A stretch of 64,000 nucleotides of DNA from Strigamia acuminata (taxonomy: Eukaryota), in contig OX442314.1 in assembly GCA_949358305.1 (NCBI GenBank), forward strand, positions 3,658,001 to 3,722,000, written 5' to 3'. The notes beneath the pieces were generated by a model. That model did not search any database and was not told the DNA's origin. It saw only the letters and a program-made list of their open reading frames with translations. Positions 1 to 12,494 of this stretch are shown here, one piece after another (positions within the stretch are counted from its first letter, which is position 1; each line of letters opens with the position of its first letter). The translations under genes were made by a program, and so were the position numbers.

Positions 1-352
1 AAATTAAACTTTGATCGTTTTCCCTATTATGCACATTTTTTGTTCCGAGTGGCAATGTCCGGTACGCGCGCGTCCGTCCCCTCCCTCTTTCTACCCGGAC
101 ACCAAGACCCGGTGGACGATAGGTTGTGTGGACACTCGAATATTCGGGGTTCGGTCCTTTGCATTTATTCATAATGAAGACTCTTCTTACGTACAACTTA
201 GCGTTATTTTTTTTCCCGCGTGTATTGTTTGCCGTCAACATGTTTAAAGTGCGTGCCGACTCGATCAGCGACCAAATAAGCGGAGTTGTAAACCCACGCC
301 AAATTGAACGACTGCGGAAATATCGTCGCCAGTCCACGCATGCTCCACTTGG

Positions 353-386
<34 letters not shown>

Positions 387-811
387 GCTCACCCACTCAC
401 TCGCTTTCTCTCGCTCTCACTCTCGCTCTCGCTCAAGCTCTCGTCGACACCACGTTGCAGTGAAGCACGAAGCTTCGCTTCAATTGTCGCCATTTTTAAA
501 TCGAGCTAGAGCCGGGCAAAGACAGTTTGCGTTTGCAGTTGCGTGTTTTGTTTCGTTTCGTTAAACGTGAGTGAGCGAGCGAGTGAACGAGCGAATGAGC
601 CAAGTGTTTTGTGGTATCATTTGTCAATTATTCCCGCCCAATTATGCACGTATTGTATCCGTGAGCGCGCGCAGAAAAAATTTGTTTGTTTGGTCATTGT
701 TGCTAACAGAAAATGAAGCTCAATTTAATAACCCATTTGTTTTTGTTTTTTTTGTTTTTTTTTCTTTTTCTTTTGATTTTATCTATCGCGTTTTTTTCGT
801 TTTCAGAGACC

Positions 812-1498
812 ATGATGACAGGAACATGGAAGGTGAAAGGGGAAGGGGAAACATCGTCCATCTCGACGCCCGTTCTCCGTGCGACGCGGACTAGAACCAC
901 ATCGCCGTCGTCGACTGCCGCTATCGCGTCGGTACCGCTCGATCCCGCTTTGTCCAAGCGTCCAGGCAGGCAGAAAAGGGGTAAACTGACGCTGATCAAG
1001 AGGGTACGCGCCACGTCTTGGGTTTTATTTATTTGCTTATTCTCTTTTTTTTTTTTTTTTCTCCCTTTCCCTTTCCAGTCGCGAAGAGAGACATCATTGC
1101 CGCCGCCGTCTTCACCTTCGGTGCTGCGGGAAGAGAGATTGGCAACAAGGGTCGAGGCGGTGATAACAGAAAAAATGGAGAATGTGGTGAAGAATGTGGT
1201 GAAGAATGTGGTGGAGAATGTGGCGGAGAATGTGGTGGAGAAGGTTATGGCGAAGCGAATGGAGAAGGTGTTGGCGGAGCAACTGGACAAAGTGGTTGCG
1301 GAGCGAATGGAGAAAGCGGCGAGATGGCGGGAAAAGAAGACGAAGACGTTGTGCGTGTTGAAGTCGGTGGGGAAGAAGCTAGAGGCGGTGCAGGCGGAGG
1401 TGAAGGAAATGGAGATGGACATGGTGGACATGATGGAGGAGGAAGATGGCTGTGGTTACGAAGGACTCGATGATAACGGTGATGAAAAGGAGTGGTAG
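812..1498 (+). CDS. Unknown protein (~203 aa): Ser/Thr/Arg-rich N-terminus, coiled-coil and acidic C-terminus; exons 812-1003, 1079-1498
   Basis: Acceptor TTTCAG ends at 806 before the ATG. A 75-nt GT..CCAG intron with poly-T (1004-1078) accounts for the Phe-rich stretch in ORF 713..1498. The second exon is purine-rich with ENVV/KNVV repeats. Confidence 0.65.
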   Translation: MMTGTWKVKGEGETSSISTPVLRATRTRTTSPSSTAAIASVPLDPALSKRPGRQKRGKLTLIKRVRATSWVLFICLFSFFFFFLPFPFQSRRETSLPPPSSPSVLREERLATRVEAVITEKMENVVKNVVKNVVENVAENVVEKVMAKRMEKVLAEQLDKVVAERMEKAARWREKKTKTLCVLKSVGKKLEAVQAEVKEMEMDMVDMMEEEDGCGYEGLDDNGDEKEW

Positions 1499-3744
1499 GG
1501 AGAAGGGGTGATGGGCCCTGGAGACGATGGTTACGATGTGACCGACAGTGACCACAACCAAGATTCTATCAAATAAATAGATAAATAAATTGACAAGTGT
1601 ACTCATAATTGTTGTATAGATTCTTTCGATCGAATAAACATTGTTTTAATATAGTTGTTGTCACGGTTCATACTTTGGCGAAAGCATGTCTGGCGATGGC
1701 AAGGGGCGCACGAGTGGCTACTCGCATGTCGTCCCCTGGGACATGCAGACTCGCTCTCGGACCTCAGGACTCATATTGTCGTCTGGCTCGCGTAGACAGC
1801 GTAGACAGCGATGGGGCAAGAAGTCTGGGAGATAAAGTTAAAATCTGAAACTGCAAATTTTTCACAAAACATTTGTTTCAATCGGTCCCAACGACGATAA
1901 TCTAATTAACAGTTGGAGCGCAAACCACGAAACCGATTCGACGATTGTGGGATTAAACTTTCATTGTCTTCCATGGGTATTTTTTATTCCACAGGGTGTC
2001 CCACGCGCGCGTGTCTACTCCTTTCTCTTTTCTCCGTCCGGGGACCCATTTCCAATCAAACTTTTTTTGTCCGGCGCCCAAAAGCCCGGACAGATCCACG
2101 AAATCCGCAGCGAAATCACGAGCTTGGGGTCGGCGTATAGGTCGCACGCATCTCCCGAGGATTAAATATATAAACAATTAAACTAGTGTTTTTGCACAAT
2201 TATTTGGAACAAACAATCGCTATAACCAAACAATACCAACGCCGTGAAAGCGTACGGGAGCGCGTATCTGAACATCCCGGCACCAATGTACCACCATGAA
2301 CGCGACACCCTTAACGATACGCGCGTTTAAATGTGACCCAATGCGCGATAAGACACGTGACGCATCATTTTCACCACGTATTGTGACATTTACGAAATTT
2401 ACGGTATTTACGGGACGAGTGAAGGAATCTAATCAACTCGATCTTATTTTAGAACAAGTTATTGGGGGCTGCCAATGCTGGCTGCCCGTATTCTGCGTGG
2501 CGAGAAGATAGGACCCCGTCCTTTTTGCGCGCCAATACCCTCGGAATGTTTGTGGTGGAGTGGTCCCTACTCTGAAGTAAGCGTGTCTGGTCTCGATCGA
2601 CCTAGAGGCGCTTGCAAATCCACCGAACGCAATGACACAAACTCACGTCGAAAGCGATGGCGCGAGACGCCGGAAAGACAAAATTAAAATATGAAACGAC
2701 GGATATTTTGCAAAACTCTTATTCTAGTCGGTCACTGCGAAGGTAATCTTAGTGACGACCGAAGTACGGGGGTAGATTTTATTCTGTTTTGTGTCTGTCT
2801 GGTACCGATCACCCACCCATCACCCACCCGTCTCCGATCATCGGGCACCTATGAGCGATAAACGCTCCCCTCCACGCTTGGCATGTCGCGCCTCGACAGT
2901 TCGCGGATCGAACCTGAATTCGAATCCGAATTTTGCGTTCTCTTTATCGTTTCAACGTTACGAGGGTTTCTTTTTATCAAAAACGATTACATTTTCAATT
3001 CTCGTCGGTAATTAACTGCGTTCCGGGCACTTTGCGGACGTTTATCCACGTTGACAAACATCATCGTCGACGCCCAATTCGAAAACCCGTGTCACACTCA
3101 CCCGCATCGCATCACGCGCGTCATCGCGTGTAGGAACGCGCGTATCGAAAACAACGTTGTGGTAGCTTGGATTTATTTTGGAACAATTTGTCGGGGCTGT
3201 CGGCGCGCATCGGTCGCCAACTGCCCCGTGTTCTCCGACGAACCCACTTTGGAGTATATTTCGACGAACCAGGGAGTGTTCGTGGCGGAGCAGAACAACC
3301 GTATCAAATCGATTCAGGAAATTTCGACCGAAACCCTCGGATCTCCATGATGGCTCGAAGCGAACGAATTCAAAGTGTCTGCAAACTCGTCGAACGCGAT
3401 TATACAAACTCGCATCGCTTACGATGGTGCAACGTGTACCGCGAGTTGAAATTTAAATCGTAAACCGATCGGAGCGTTCGCGATCTTCGTTTCGGACAAC
3501 ACCCAGTTCTATAATCTAATTAATCGTTGGGACACTCGACGTGGAATCGGTTCCACCGTCGATAAATCAATTTCTATATTTCGAGGATTTTTATTTAACT
3601 CCGCGCGAGCGCCTGTGTGATGTAATTTCTCACAACCGCCACGCCATCTGACGTAACCCGTGTCTCATTTGCATCCAAATCAAGTTCAGACACGATACAA
3701 GACTGTTTTCCGCGTCTCGTTGGCGTTCCTCGCAACATTGAACC

Positions 3745-4288
3745 ATGTTCCAGGTAATTCCAGAAACAGATACGAATTGTTTCGTATAATTTTTAATCTA
3801 AAACTTCTCTTATTCAGCCGAAACCGCTTGAACCCACGAACGAACATCCCTTGCTCAAGGTGAAGATAGGGAATCTCGCGCGTAATGCCCTGGTAATCGA
3901 GTGGTCGCGCTTCTGCGCCATCGACGAACGTTTATTCGAAGAAACGGGCTACCCTCGGGACAGTATCCGCGAACTAGACGACGACGACGATAGACACCGG
4001 TACCTAAAAAACATCGTTGGTGACCATTTCCAAATAATTGGACAGATCAAGATGAACGTCGAGTGGGTGAATCGAGGCACCGAAACCAACTTCATCGTCG
4101 TGACGAAAGAAAGAACTCTCGTCTTGGGGATGCGTTTCCTTTGGGACTCGAATATGTCTTGCGCGCGGTTTGATCGATTCTTCAAAGACCGTAAACTTGG
4201 CGTCACCATCCCATTCGAGTATGGATTTGTTCCATGGACAAATTTGTACTTTGTCGAATATCCAGATAAAATGTACAAGTGTCAATAA
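3745..4288 (+). CDS. Retropepsin/DDI1-like aspartic-protease-fold protein lacking the D-[ST]-G motif (~159 aa); exons 3745-3753, 3818-4288
   Basis: ATG TTC CAG|GTAATT..TTCAG|CCG joins in frame to ORF 3851..4288. The pattern PLLKVKIG-x5-ALV..., IIGQIKMNV, NFIVV, LVLGMRFL follows the retropepsin layout, but ALVIEWS replaces ALVDSGA. AATAAA overlaps the stop. Confidence 0.6.
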
Positions 4289-5960
4289 ATGGCAATCCTA
4301 TGTGTGAATGGGGTAAAAAATGTGGGAAAAAAATGTTATACAAATAAATAACTGTCGTTTTCGCGTAACTTTTTCGGCGTTATTCCACCATATAATCGTC
4401 GCTTCAATGTATCGTTGTTTCATCGTTTCGTTTTATTCCGTTTTATTTGTTTATTTGTTTTTATTTTTATTTTTATTTATTTATTTATTTTATTTTATTT
4501 TTTTTTTTTTTTTATAACATTCTGCAAACTGTAAAAACTGTAAAAACTTTAAATATAGATATTTCAGTGAACAGCGAGTTTGTTTTTATTTTAGACTAGA
4601 TGGGATACCTGGGTCGAAACGAATTAGGTCGAAACGGGATTTCGACTTTAGTCATTTCGACCTTAGTATGGAATCCCGGGTGCTCATAGTATTCGAAAAT
4701 TAAGTAAAGTAAAGTAAAGTTTAGTCATCTTCTTTGGATATTTTTTTTACTCCGTTTGGCGTCTTGCGCGCGCGCTTGTTTGCTCCCTTCTCCCTTCTCC
4801 GCCTCGAATTTCGTCCCCGGTCGGTCGTTTTCACCCGACACCCAAAAGTCCAATCCCGACGAACGGATCCACGAATTCCGTCGTGAAATCGCGAACACGT
4901 CGTCAACGCACAGGCCACGCGCGTATCACGAGGAACAAATAAATAAACAATTAAATGGGTGTTTTTGCACAATTATTTGAAATAAACACGCTTTATAGGT
5001 GTGTCTGTCTGTGGGCTTATTTTGGAACAAGTTGTTGGGGCTGCCGACACTCGTCGGTGCCAGCTGCCCCGCATTCACCGTAGGTGAGGCGCTCGTTGCC
5101 GCAATGGTCGCCGCAATGGTCGCCGGAATGTTCGTGGTGGAGCAGAACACCCGTGGGTGGGAAATACCGTTTCAAATCGATTCAGGAAATTTCGACCGAA
5201 ACCCTCGGATCTCCATGATGGCTCGAAGCGAACGAATTCAAAGTGTATGCAAACTCGTCGAACGCGATTATACAAACTCGCATCGTCTACGATGGTGCAA
5301 CGTGTACTGCGAGTTGAAATTAAAATGGTAAACCGATCGGGGCGTTCGCGATCTTCGACTCAGACGGCACCCAATTCGATAATCTAATTAATCGTTGGGG
5401 CACTCGTCGTGGAATTAGTTCCACTGTCGATAAATCGATTTATATATTTCAAGGACTTTTATTCAACTCCGCTCGAGCGTTTGTGCGCAGGACTTTGTAC
5501 CTGGTCACGTGGCCTGTAATGTAATTTCCCAGAACCGCCACGCCACCCGACGTAAGCCGTGCCCTTCGATGGACGCCAAAGTGTCCATTCGATGCGGATT
5601 TTTGCGTTTCCCGCGTTAAAAGGTGTCCTATAAATTCCGAAACCAAGTTAATCTTGATTTACTTGTCTACGTGGATCTCCCCATATATTTTGTTTTCCAA
5701 TTTCAATGTGGGAAAGTTTGTCGGTTGCAATTTTTCTCGCGCGCACGGCAATCACGAAAAAATCTCCGACGGTAACGCACTCTGACGGTAATTGTTTTAA
5801 ATTAAAAAAAAAAAAAATTAGATAGATAGATAGATAGATAGATAGGATAAAAATTAAAACAAAATAAAGAAGGGTTGAATTTCTCGGACCATCATCATTG
5901 TCGCCCAGCAGTCAGTCAGTCTCTTTCTTTCCTTTTTTCTGCACAAAGCAAACGTAAGAT

Positions 5961-6038
5961 CGCGGAAGCGAGACTCGAACCCAGAGTCCACGGCTCCATG
6001 CGGCAGGTAGTCCTGCCCACTCGACCACTCTGGGTCGA
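5961..6038 (-). ncRNA. tRNA-derived / Pol III type-2 promoter element (SINE head or small RNA)
   Basis: A-box TGGTCGAGTGG (6027-6017) and B-box GGTTCGAGTC (5981-5972). Stems CCCAGAGT/ACTCTGGG and GGCAGG-ACTA-CCTGCC. No canonical cloverleaf. Confidence 0.55.
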
Positions 6039-6348
6039 TTATAAATTGTGCTAAAATATAGAAAAGAAGAGAAACAGATAAATAAATAAAATAAATAAAA
6101 TAAAGACGTATATTTAATCACCCGATGAGATGTTTTTTTTACAATGAGAAACAAAATATACGCAATATAAACAAACAATACGAGACAATGAGATGGGGGA
6201 TTGTTGTTTTTATCCCATAAGAGTTGTGTCACATCTTTGACAATTGAAAAAAAAAAAAAATAAATGAATAAATAAAATTAAAAACAAAAACAAAAACTAA
6301 ATCAATCAAACAAACAAACAAACGAGAGTGGGAATAAACCGTCTCCTC

Positions 6349-6939
6349 TTATAATTCCATCGAAAGATCGGAACCACCAATTGCCTCTTCAGCGCCTTCG
6401 TCATCATCGTCGTCAACGACATCCTCTATCCAACCCATCGTTCCCTCCATCGCCTTCCACCATTTTTCCTCTGCTTCTTCAAATGTTTTCTCAAATTCCT
6501 CCATCGTCGCCTTCACCATTTTCTTGAGTCTTTGTTCCGTCCTGTCTATCAACTCCTCAATTCTCTCCTCTAGTCCCTCCATCATTTTTTCGACCCTTTC
6601 CTCCGTCGCCGCCATTGCCGTCTCCTGGACCTTCGTCTGTCTTCGACCGAGCGACTGGAGAAAGAGAGAAAAGAACGAATAAATATAAAAAAAAAATAAA
6701 AAAAAAAAAAAGGTCAAATAAAAAAGACAAAAGAGTAAATATCGGAATGGGACACATACCCCCTTGATCTTCGTGGGATCATTAGTTTTTCGCTCGCGTG
6801 CATCATGCACGGAACTACTGGCGGCGCTTAAGTTTGGCGTGTGGCTCCACGCCTCCATGAAGTCGATGCGTTCCAAAAGGACGACGGGTGACAGATGCGA
6901 CTTTGTGGACGGCTTTTCTCCTCTCTTTCCTTTTTCCAT
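6349..6939 (-). CDS. Unknown coiled-coil/acidic protein (~161 aa); exons 6939-6760, 6654-6349
   Basis: 105-nt GTATGT..CCAG intron after ...IKG. The last exon is Glu/Lys/Met-rich and helical with an acidic tail. Same architecture as 812-1498. Confidence 0.65.
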   Translation of the reverse strand: MEKGKRGEKPSTKSHLSPVVLLERIDFMEAWSHTPNLSAASSSVHDARERKTNDPTKIKGVCVPFRYLLFCLFYLTFFFFLFFFYIYSFFSLFLQSLGRRQTKVQETAMAATEERVEKMMEGLEERIEELIDRTEQRLKKMVKATMEEFEKTFEEAEEKWWKAMEGTMGWIEDVVDDDDDEGAEEAIGGSDLSMEL

Positions 6940-7111
6940 ATTTTCTTCGATGTGAAAAAAAAGATAAAAATTAAAATCGCAACAAAAAGAACCAAAACGT
7001 GGGACGTCGAATAAAACATCCGCGCACATATTGTTCGCGCAAGTCTACGCGCGTACATGTACGTGTTGGACGTGGTACATTTGATGCCTACCGCGGAACA
7101 ATGCGAGAAAA

Positions 7112-7229
7112 CACGAGAAAATACGAAGTTCTCGTATTTTCTCGGTTTTACTTCCATTTGGTTAATTCTTACCTTTGGTTTCAATACAATTTATCTTATT
7201 TCAGAAGTCTGCGAGACACATATAAAAAG

Positions 7230-7261
<32 letters not shown>

Positions 7262-7457
7262 GTTTATTTCTAATTAAATGAGAAAAATCTTATATATAGG
7301 CTTAACCCACCATGCAATAAGAAACAGACGAAAAAATCTTCTTTTTATTCGTGTCTTGTAGTTTTCTGAAATGAGATAAATTGCATTGAAACGTAACATA
7401 AGAATTAATCAAATGAAAGCAAAACCGAGAAAAAGTGAGAATCTTGTATTTTCTCGT
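7112..7457. repeat. Diverged inverted repeat (~130-bp arms, MITE-like)
   Basis: 7112-7240 (..TTTTCTCGGTTTTACTTCCATTTGGTTAATTCTTA..) is the reverse complement, with mismatches, of 7330-7457 (..TAAGAATTAATCAAATGAAAGCAAAACCGAGAAAA..). Confidence 0.7.
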
Positions 7458-8006
7458 TGTACGACAAAGTCGGTTCGCGTTACACGAGTTTTTCAAAGTA
7501 CCGTGGCCCTGGTACACGATACCGTCTCGGTTTTAAAACGGCACCGCGGTCCCGACGCTCACCTGCCGCAAAAAGCAATGCAGTCCAGGGCCGCGAACCG
7601 CGTGTAAAAACGCCAACTGACGAGTGTTTACCGGGAAAATGGTTAATTTACCTCTAATCGTTCCACTTGTTCACTTGTTCACGACACGGGGTCCACACTA
7701 CTGATGGCGAGCGCGCGAGTGATTCGACGCGGCATCTGGCGACAACCATGGAATCCCGCGCGTGATGCGACGTTGTTTGTTTATTTTTGTCTATTTTATT
7801 TATTTATTTGTTTATTTATATATTTATGTTTATTTGTTTATTCATCTATTTGTTTCACGATGCTTTCAAATTTTTATTTTTTTGTAACTCCGCTCACCAA
7901 GCAGCGTCGTTATCGAAATCCGCCATACCTGACCGCTGATTCCGCGCCGCCACGTGCTTCGCTGCTGAGCAAGTTGAAAGTATTTATGCCGTTTATCTAT
8001 TTATCA

Positions 8007-8039
<33 letters not shown>

Positions 8040-8302
8040 CCAATCAACCAATTGACAACGACAACAATTGTTTCAACAATCCGACCATTCGTCCGCTTGT
8101 GTCTAAACGAGTGGAAGCGTGGAGAGGCGCGGAATTCGTCGCCATATTCTCGCTTGCCAGAAATGAAAAGAGAATAATTCGGTTTATCATTGTTTGATTG
8201 ATCTGTGGTTTTATTCACCTTCCTTTCCTTTTCATTGATTGTGTTTTGCTGTTCAATTCTCGTTTGTATTTAATTTACGGTAATCTAATTTTTACATTTC
8301 AG

Positions 8303-9350
8303 ATGGAGAACGGAAAGAACGTCATCTGGGGTGAAGTGCGCCCGGGCACGAGGTGAGAGTGGTTGGTCGATCGATTGGTTTTATTTATTCGACACATTTT
8401 ATTTTATTTCATTTTATTTTTATTTTATTTTTAAGGGGCCCATCGCGATTGTCGTTTGGGAAAAAGAACGTGAATAACCCCATCATTTGGGGTGAAATGC
8501 GCCCGGGCACGAGGTGAGAGTGGTTGGTCGATCGATTGGTTTTATTTATTCGACACATTTTATTTTATTTCATTTTATTTTTATTTTATTTTTAAGGGGC
8601 CCATCGCGATTGTCGTTTGGGAAAAAGAACGTGAATAACCCCATCATTTGGGGTGAAATGCGCCCGGGCACAAGGTGAGAGTGATTGGTCGATCGATTGG
8701 TTTTATTTATTTGACACTTTTTATTTCATTCTATTTTATTTTTATTTTATTTTTAAGGGGTTCGTCGCGATCGCCACCTTCGACGAGGTCGCCGCAGACC
8801 ATCTATGTGCGGCCCGGGGAATTTGGTAATAACATATTCTTCGGGCCGAGGCGCTATGTGCCAGAGTGAGTAAAGCAATTTATGGTCGATTCGTCGGTCG
8901 CGATTTGATTAATCATTTTTTTTTTTTTCCATAGTAACTTACCATGGTTGCCACCTATGCGTGCCAATAATTTCCAATGCAACAGGCGCCACGCGCGGGA
9001 TCGCCCAACACCACCGACGCATGGGTGGTCGGATATCCCAAGATCCACCCGAAACTATGTGTTTCAATTCTGCACAACTTGCTACCAGTTTGGTGGTTGC
9101 AACCCGTTCGTCACCAGTTACCAGTCACCAGTCACCCGCGACCGCCACCAGTTCGTCGCGCTATATCTACCTGTCCAGTTAGTTAATTAATTATTCTTTT
9201 TATCATTCTTTTTTTTTTTTTTTGTTTGTTTGTTTGTTTGTTTGTTTGTTTGTTTGTTTGTTTGTTTGTTTGATATATATATATATACATATATTTTTTT
9301 TTCTTCCTCTTAGTGGGACATCGTTATCAAACGTAGCGCCATCGGCGTAA
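8303..9350 (+). CDS. Unknown microexon gene; exons 8303-8352, 8436-8513, 8597-8674, 8758-8865, 8935-9105, 9314-9350 (last intron uncertain)
   Basis: All introns are GT-AG and phase 2, and the frame stays open: MENGKNVIWGEVRPGTR-GPSRLSFGKKNVNNPIIWGEMRPGTR(x2)-GSSRSPP...FCTTCYQFGGCNP. The exon+intron unit is a 161-bp tandem repeat. Confidence 0.6.
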
Positions 9351-9517
9351 TTTTTCATTTTTTATTGTATTTTGTTCGTTTGTGGTTTATAATTTAAATA
9401 AAAATTGAATTTGAGATAAGTGGCCACGATTGATTGGGTTTATTTGATCGCAAAAAAAAAAAAAATTTAATTCGAATGAATCTATCGGTGTTAAAAACGA
9501 CACGACCGGTTTGTTAG

Positions 9518-10075
9518 TTAGCCGATTGGTGAACAATTTGCGAAACACGCGCGACACGTGGGGGCGTATTTCTCGGCACCCCCTATCACCACGACGTCTT
9601 CTTCGCCCGACGTCCGCTTCGTGAACGCGGCTTCCCCTCGACACCGGTAGCACGTTGCCTTCAGCTTCACGATGTGCTCTGATTTCGGGAGCAAATCGCA
9701 GACTTGACCGAACGGGTTCAACTTGAAATCCCCATCGAGGGCCGCGATTACCACAGTCTTTCCTTTCTCTGCCATTTCTTGACAGAATTGTACCAAGTCC
9801 TCGAAAAACTGGCCCTCGTCAATCCCGATAATCCCGAAATTTTCGGATTGTCTTCGGGCTTCCGCGAGGTTTTCGACGGCGCGCGCCGCTCTCGATTTTC
9901 CGTCACGAGCGACGATTTCTCCGGGAATGTGGCGGTTGTCGATTTTGGGCTTCAATAACAACGCTTCTTCTCCTTCTAGGCGCCTCAAGAGTTCAGTTGT
10001 TTTCCCTGCAAACATCGGGCCCACTATTAACTGGATATTGCCTCGTGGTCGATCCTCGATGGCCGACGTCGACAT
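9518..10075 (-). CDS. tk: Thymidine kinase, type II (TK1/poxvirus-like), intronless, 185 aa
   Basis: P-loop GPMFAGKTTEL, IGIDEGQFF, AALDGDF..PF, zinc site CYRC...CRAC, lasso IGGAEKY. Confidence 0.96.
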   Translation of the reverse strand: MSTSAIEDRPRGNIQLIVGPMFAGKTTELLRRLEGEEALLLKPKIDNRHIPGEIVARDGKSRAARAVENLAEARRQSENFGIIGIDEGQFFEDLVQFCQEMAEKGKTVVIAALDGDFKLNPFGQVCDLLPKSEHIVKLKATCYRCRGEAAFTKRTSGEEDVVVIGGAEKYAPTCRACFANCSPIG

Positions 10076-12494
10076 CTCGTCTTGTTGCGTCTACCATCGA
10101 GGAAAAAGAGAAAGAATTTAAACGAATAAATGAAAAACGAAAAACTGACAAAATCGTGAGTCCGACTGCAAAACTAAAATTGGATAGAGATCGAGAACAA
10201 AATGGCGGTGATAGTGGTGTAACCACGGGGATTCCCGCCCGTGCTCGCGCATCGACCCGTTCTGGTTCATTTAGTTAGTTGGTCGGTCGGTTTAATTGAC
10301 GAGTCGGTCAAATTGTTGGAGATTCTTCCCCTTTTTCTATTTTGAAAATTGACTAGGTTTGCTTACCGTGCAAACGAAACTCGATATAGCGAATGAACCA
10401 ATGCGTACAAGTGCGCGAAGCAAAGCGCGGTATGGTAGGAAAGCTTTAGCCCGTCGCTCGCTGCAAAGACGCGAGAATACGACGCGACACTCGGTGACAC
10501 AAATTAGAAATTAAGAAAAAAAAATAAATAAATAAATAAAGAAATAAAAAAAAAAAAAATAAAGAAATAAAAAATAAATAAATAAATAAATAAATAAAGA
10601 GAGAGAGAGGGATTCTTTCCCATTCTCTTCTCTGCGTTTTCTCTTTTCCTCTTCGTTTCTTCGCGCGCATCCACGAGAGAAGCACACATCGGTTTGGGAT
10701 TCGAAAGATTCGAAAGATTCATGGGATTCGGATGGGATTAGGAAGCCATTGCCAGAGATTCGGTCGAACGTCGTCCCCCTCGCATTGTTTTCGCCACTGG
10801 CTGTGTAGCTTATTTTTGATTTGTTATTGTGACTGACCAGAAGGCCAGTCTGAGACCGAGAGGGGCGTGCAGCGTGCAAATGGGACGCATATAGGCACTG
10901 GCGACAGAAGAACTCGGGTACCGCGCCACTCGGTGGGTACTGTGCCGCCCGACCGAGCGGCGACGGCCCCTCGCTCTGCTCTCGGTCTGAAGGCTTTCGC
11001 AAAATGCAGCGGACGCGGTGATTAGAACTCGCGTCGACTCCGACGGGACGTCAACTCTGGAAGGTAAAATTAAAATATGAAACGGCGGATATTTTACGAA
11101 ACTTTTGTTCCAGTCGGTTGCTACGAAGATAATCTCGTTAATCATTGGAATACGAACCGCGGAACCGGTTCCAAGATCCGAAATTTAAACTTTAATCGTC
11201 CGCTCGTTGTCGATCGCCAGGCACCTATAAGTGATAAACGCGTCCTTTTCATTTTCTTGTCGCGTCTCGGGAGTTTGTGGATCTATAACCTGGCCTAATC
11301 TGACCTAATTCGAATCTGAGTTTGGATCTGAATTCTGCGTTTGCTTTATCGTTTCAACATTATGAGAGTTTCCTTTTATTAAACAATTATATTTTTAATT
11401 CTACTTGCTATTTAACTGCGTCCCGGTGCGTTGCCATAAGCACCGGACACCTTCGGACATTTATCCACGTTGGTGAACATTATTATCGATGCCGGTGTCA
11501 AAAATCCATGTCGCGCTTACATACATCGCACCTCGCATATTATCGCGCGTGGGAATGCGTTCACGCGTGTGCATGGCAAACAAAGACACGCTCATGCGAG
11601 CACATTGTCGAGGACTTCGCTCACGATCGCGCACTGACACCAGAACGTGTTGCATCAAAATATTGAAATTTTCTACGACCAGATGCCGAATCTGTCATGT
11701 GCAAAGAGAGTGTGTGTAAACGAACGGACAAATAAATAAATAAATAAATAGATAAACCAAGTGTTTTTCATAACTGTTTGTTTGTTTGTACCGGCGGAAC
11801 GTTGTGATGTCGATGTGAGAGTTTATTTTGGAAGAATTTGTTGGGACTGTCGACGCTCGTCGGTGCCAACTGCCCCGGCTGACCAACGACTGAACAATAG
11901 AGTGGTTGCGCAACCCGAATGCAGACTTTTGTGACCGAAACCCCCCGGATTTCCGCGAGGGCTCGAATCAGTCCCGGTTGGTCTGAAGGTGTTAGTAGAT
12001 CCATCGGATGCAGTGACCGAAATTCAATGGGTGACGAACGACGATAGAGGGGGAGGATCGAATTACTCCCCGGCAATCATCGTCGAAATGGAGAACCCAA
12101 TTCGCTTATTCACTCGACAATTTGTGTCGTTTTACGAGCTTTATTGTTGATGTTTCGCGCGTGCACGTGTGTGTCTGTGTGTGGCATTTTACAACGGAGT
12201 GGCATCGACGTGTCCATTGGTTGACTCGAGTTCCAACCGTCCCCAACGCCTCGTAAAAATCGACACCGATTTTATGACTTTGAACGACTTTATCGCTAAC
12301 ATTTCCATCTGGTTCCCCGTAACGACGTTTCGACCATTGCTCCCCCCACACTCCAATTCAAAATTTAATAAGAAATTGTCAAACTTTTCAAATTCTATGA
12401 TAAAAGTTGAGTGTTTTTATTGTTTACAAAATAAAAACGAAAAATAGAAAAATAAAATAAAAAAAGATTCACAATCGACTCGTCACATCGCCGA

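Noticed and set aside
352..385. (TTAC)n tract, and the GGGTTAGG at 21663, as telomeric repeats
   Set aside because: A simple microsatellite and a single junction-derived match; no TTAGG array.
5015..5075. GQLAPTSVGSPNNLF resembling the Helitron PIF1 motif GQLYVA.SRV
   Set aside because: Key residues are missing, no other helicase motifs are present, and the frame is not conserved among module copies.
5000..5790. Repeated modules as an intact protein-coding family
   Set aside because: Every frame has stops or shifts that differ between copies. A long-decayed gene cannot be excluded.
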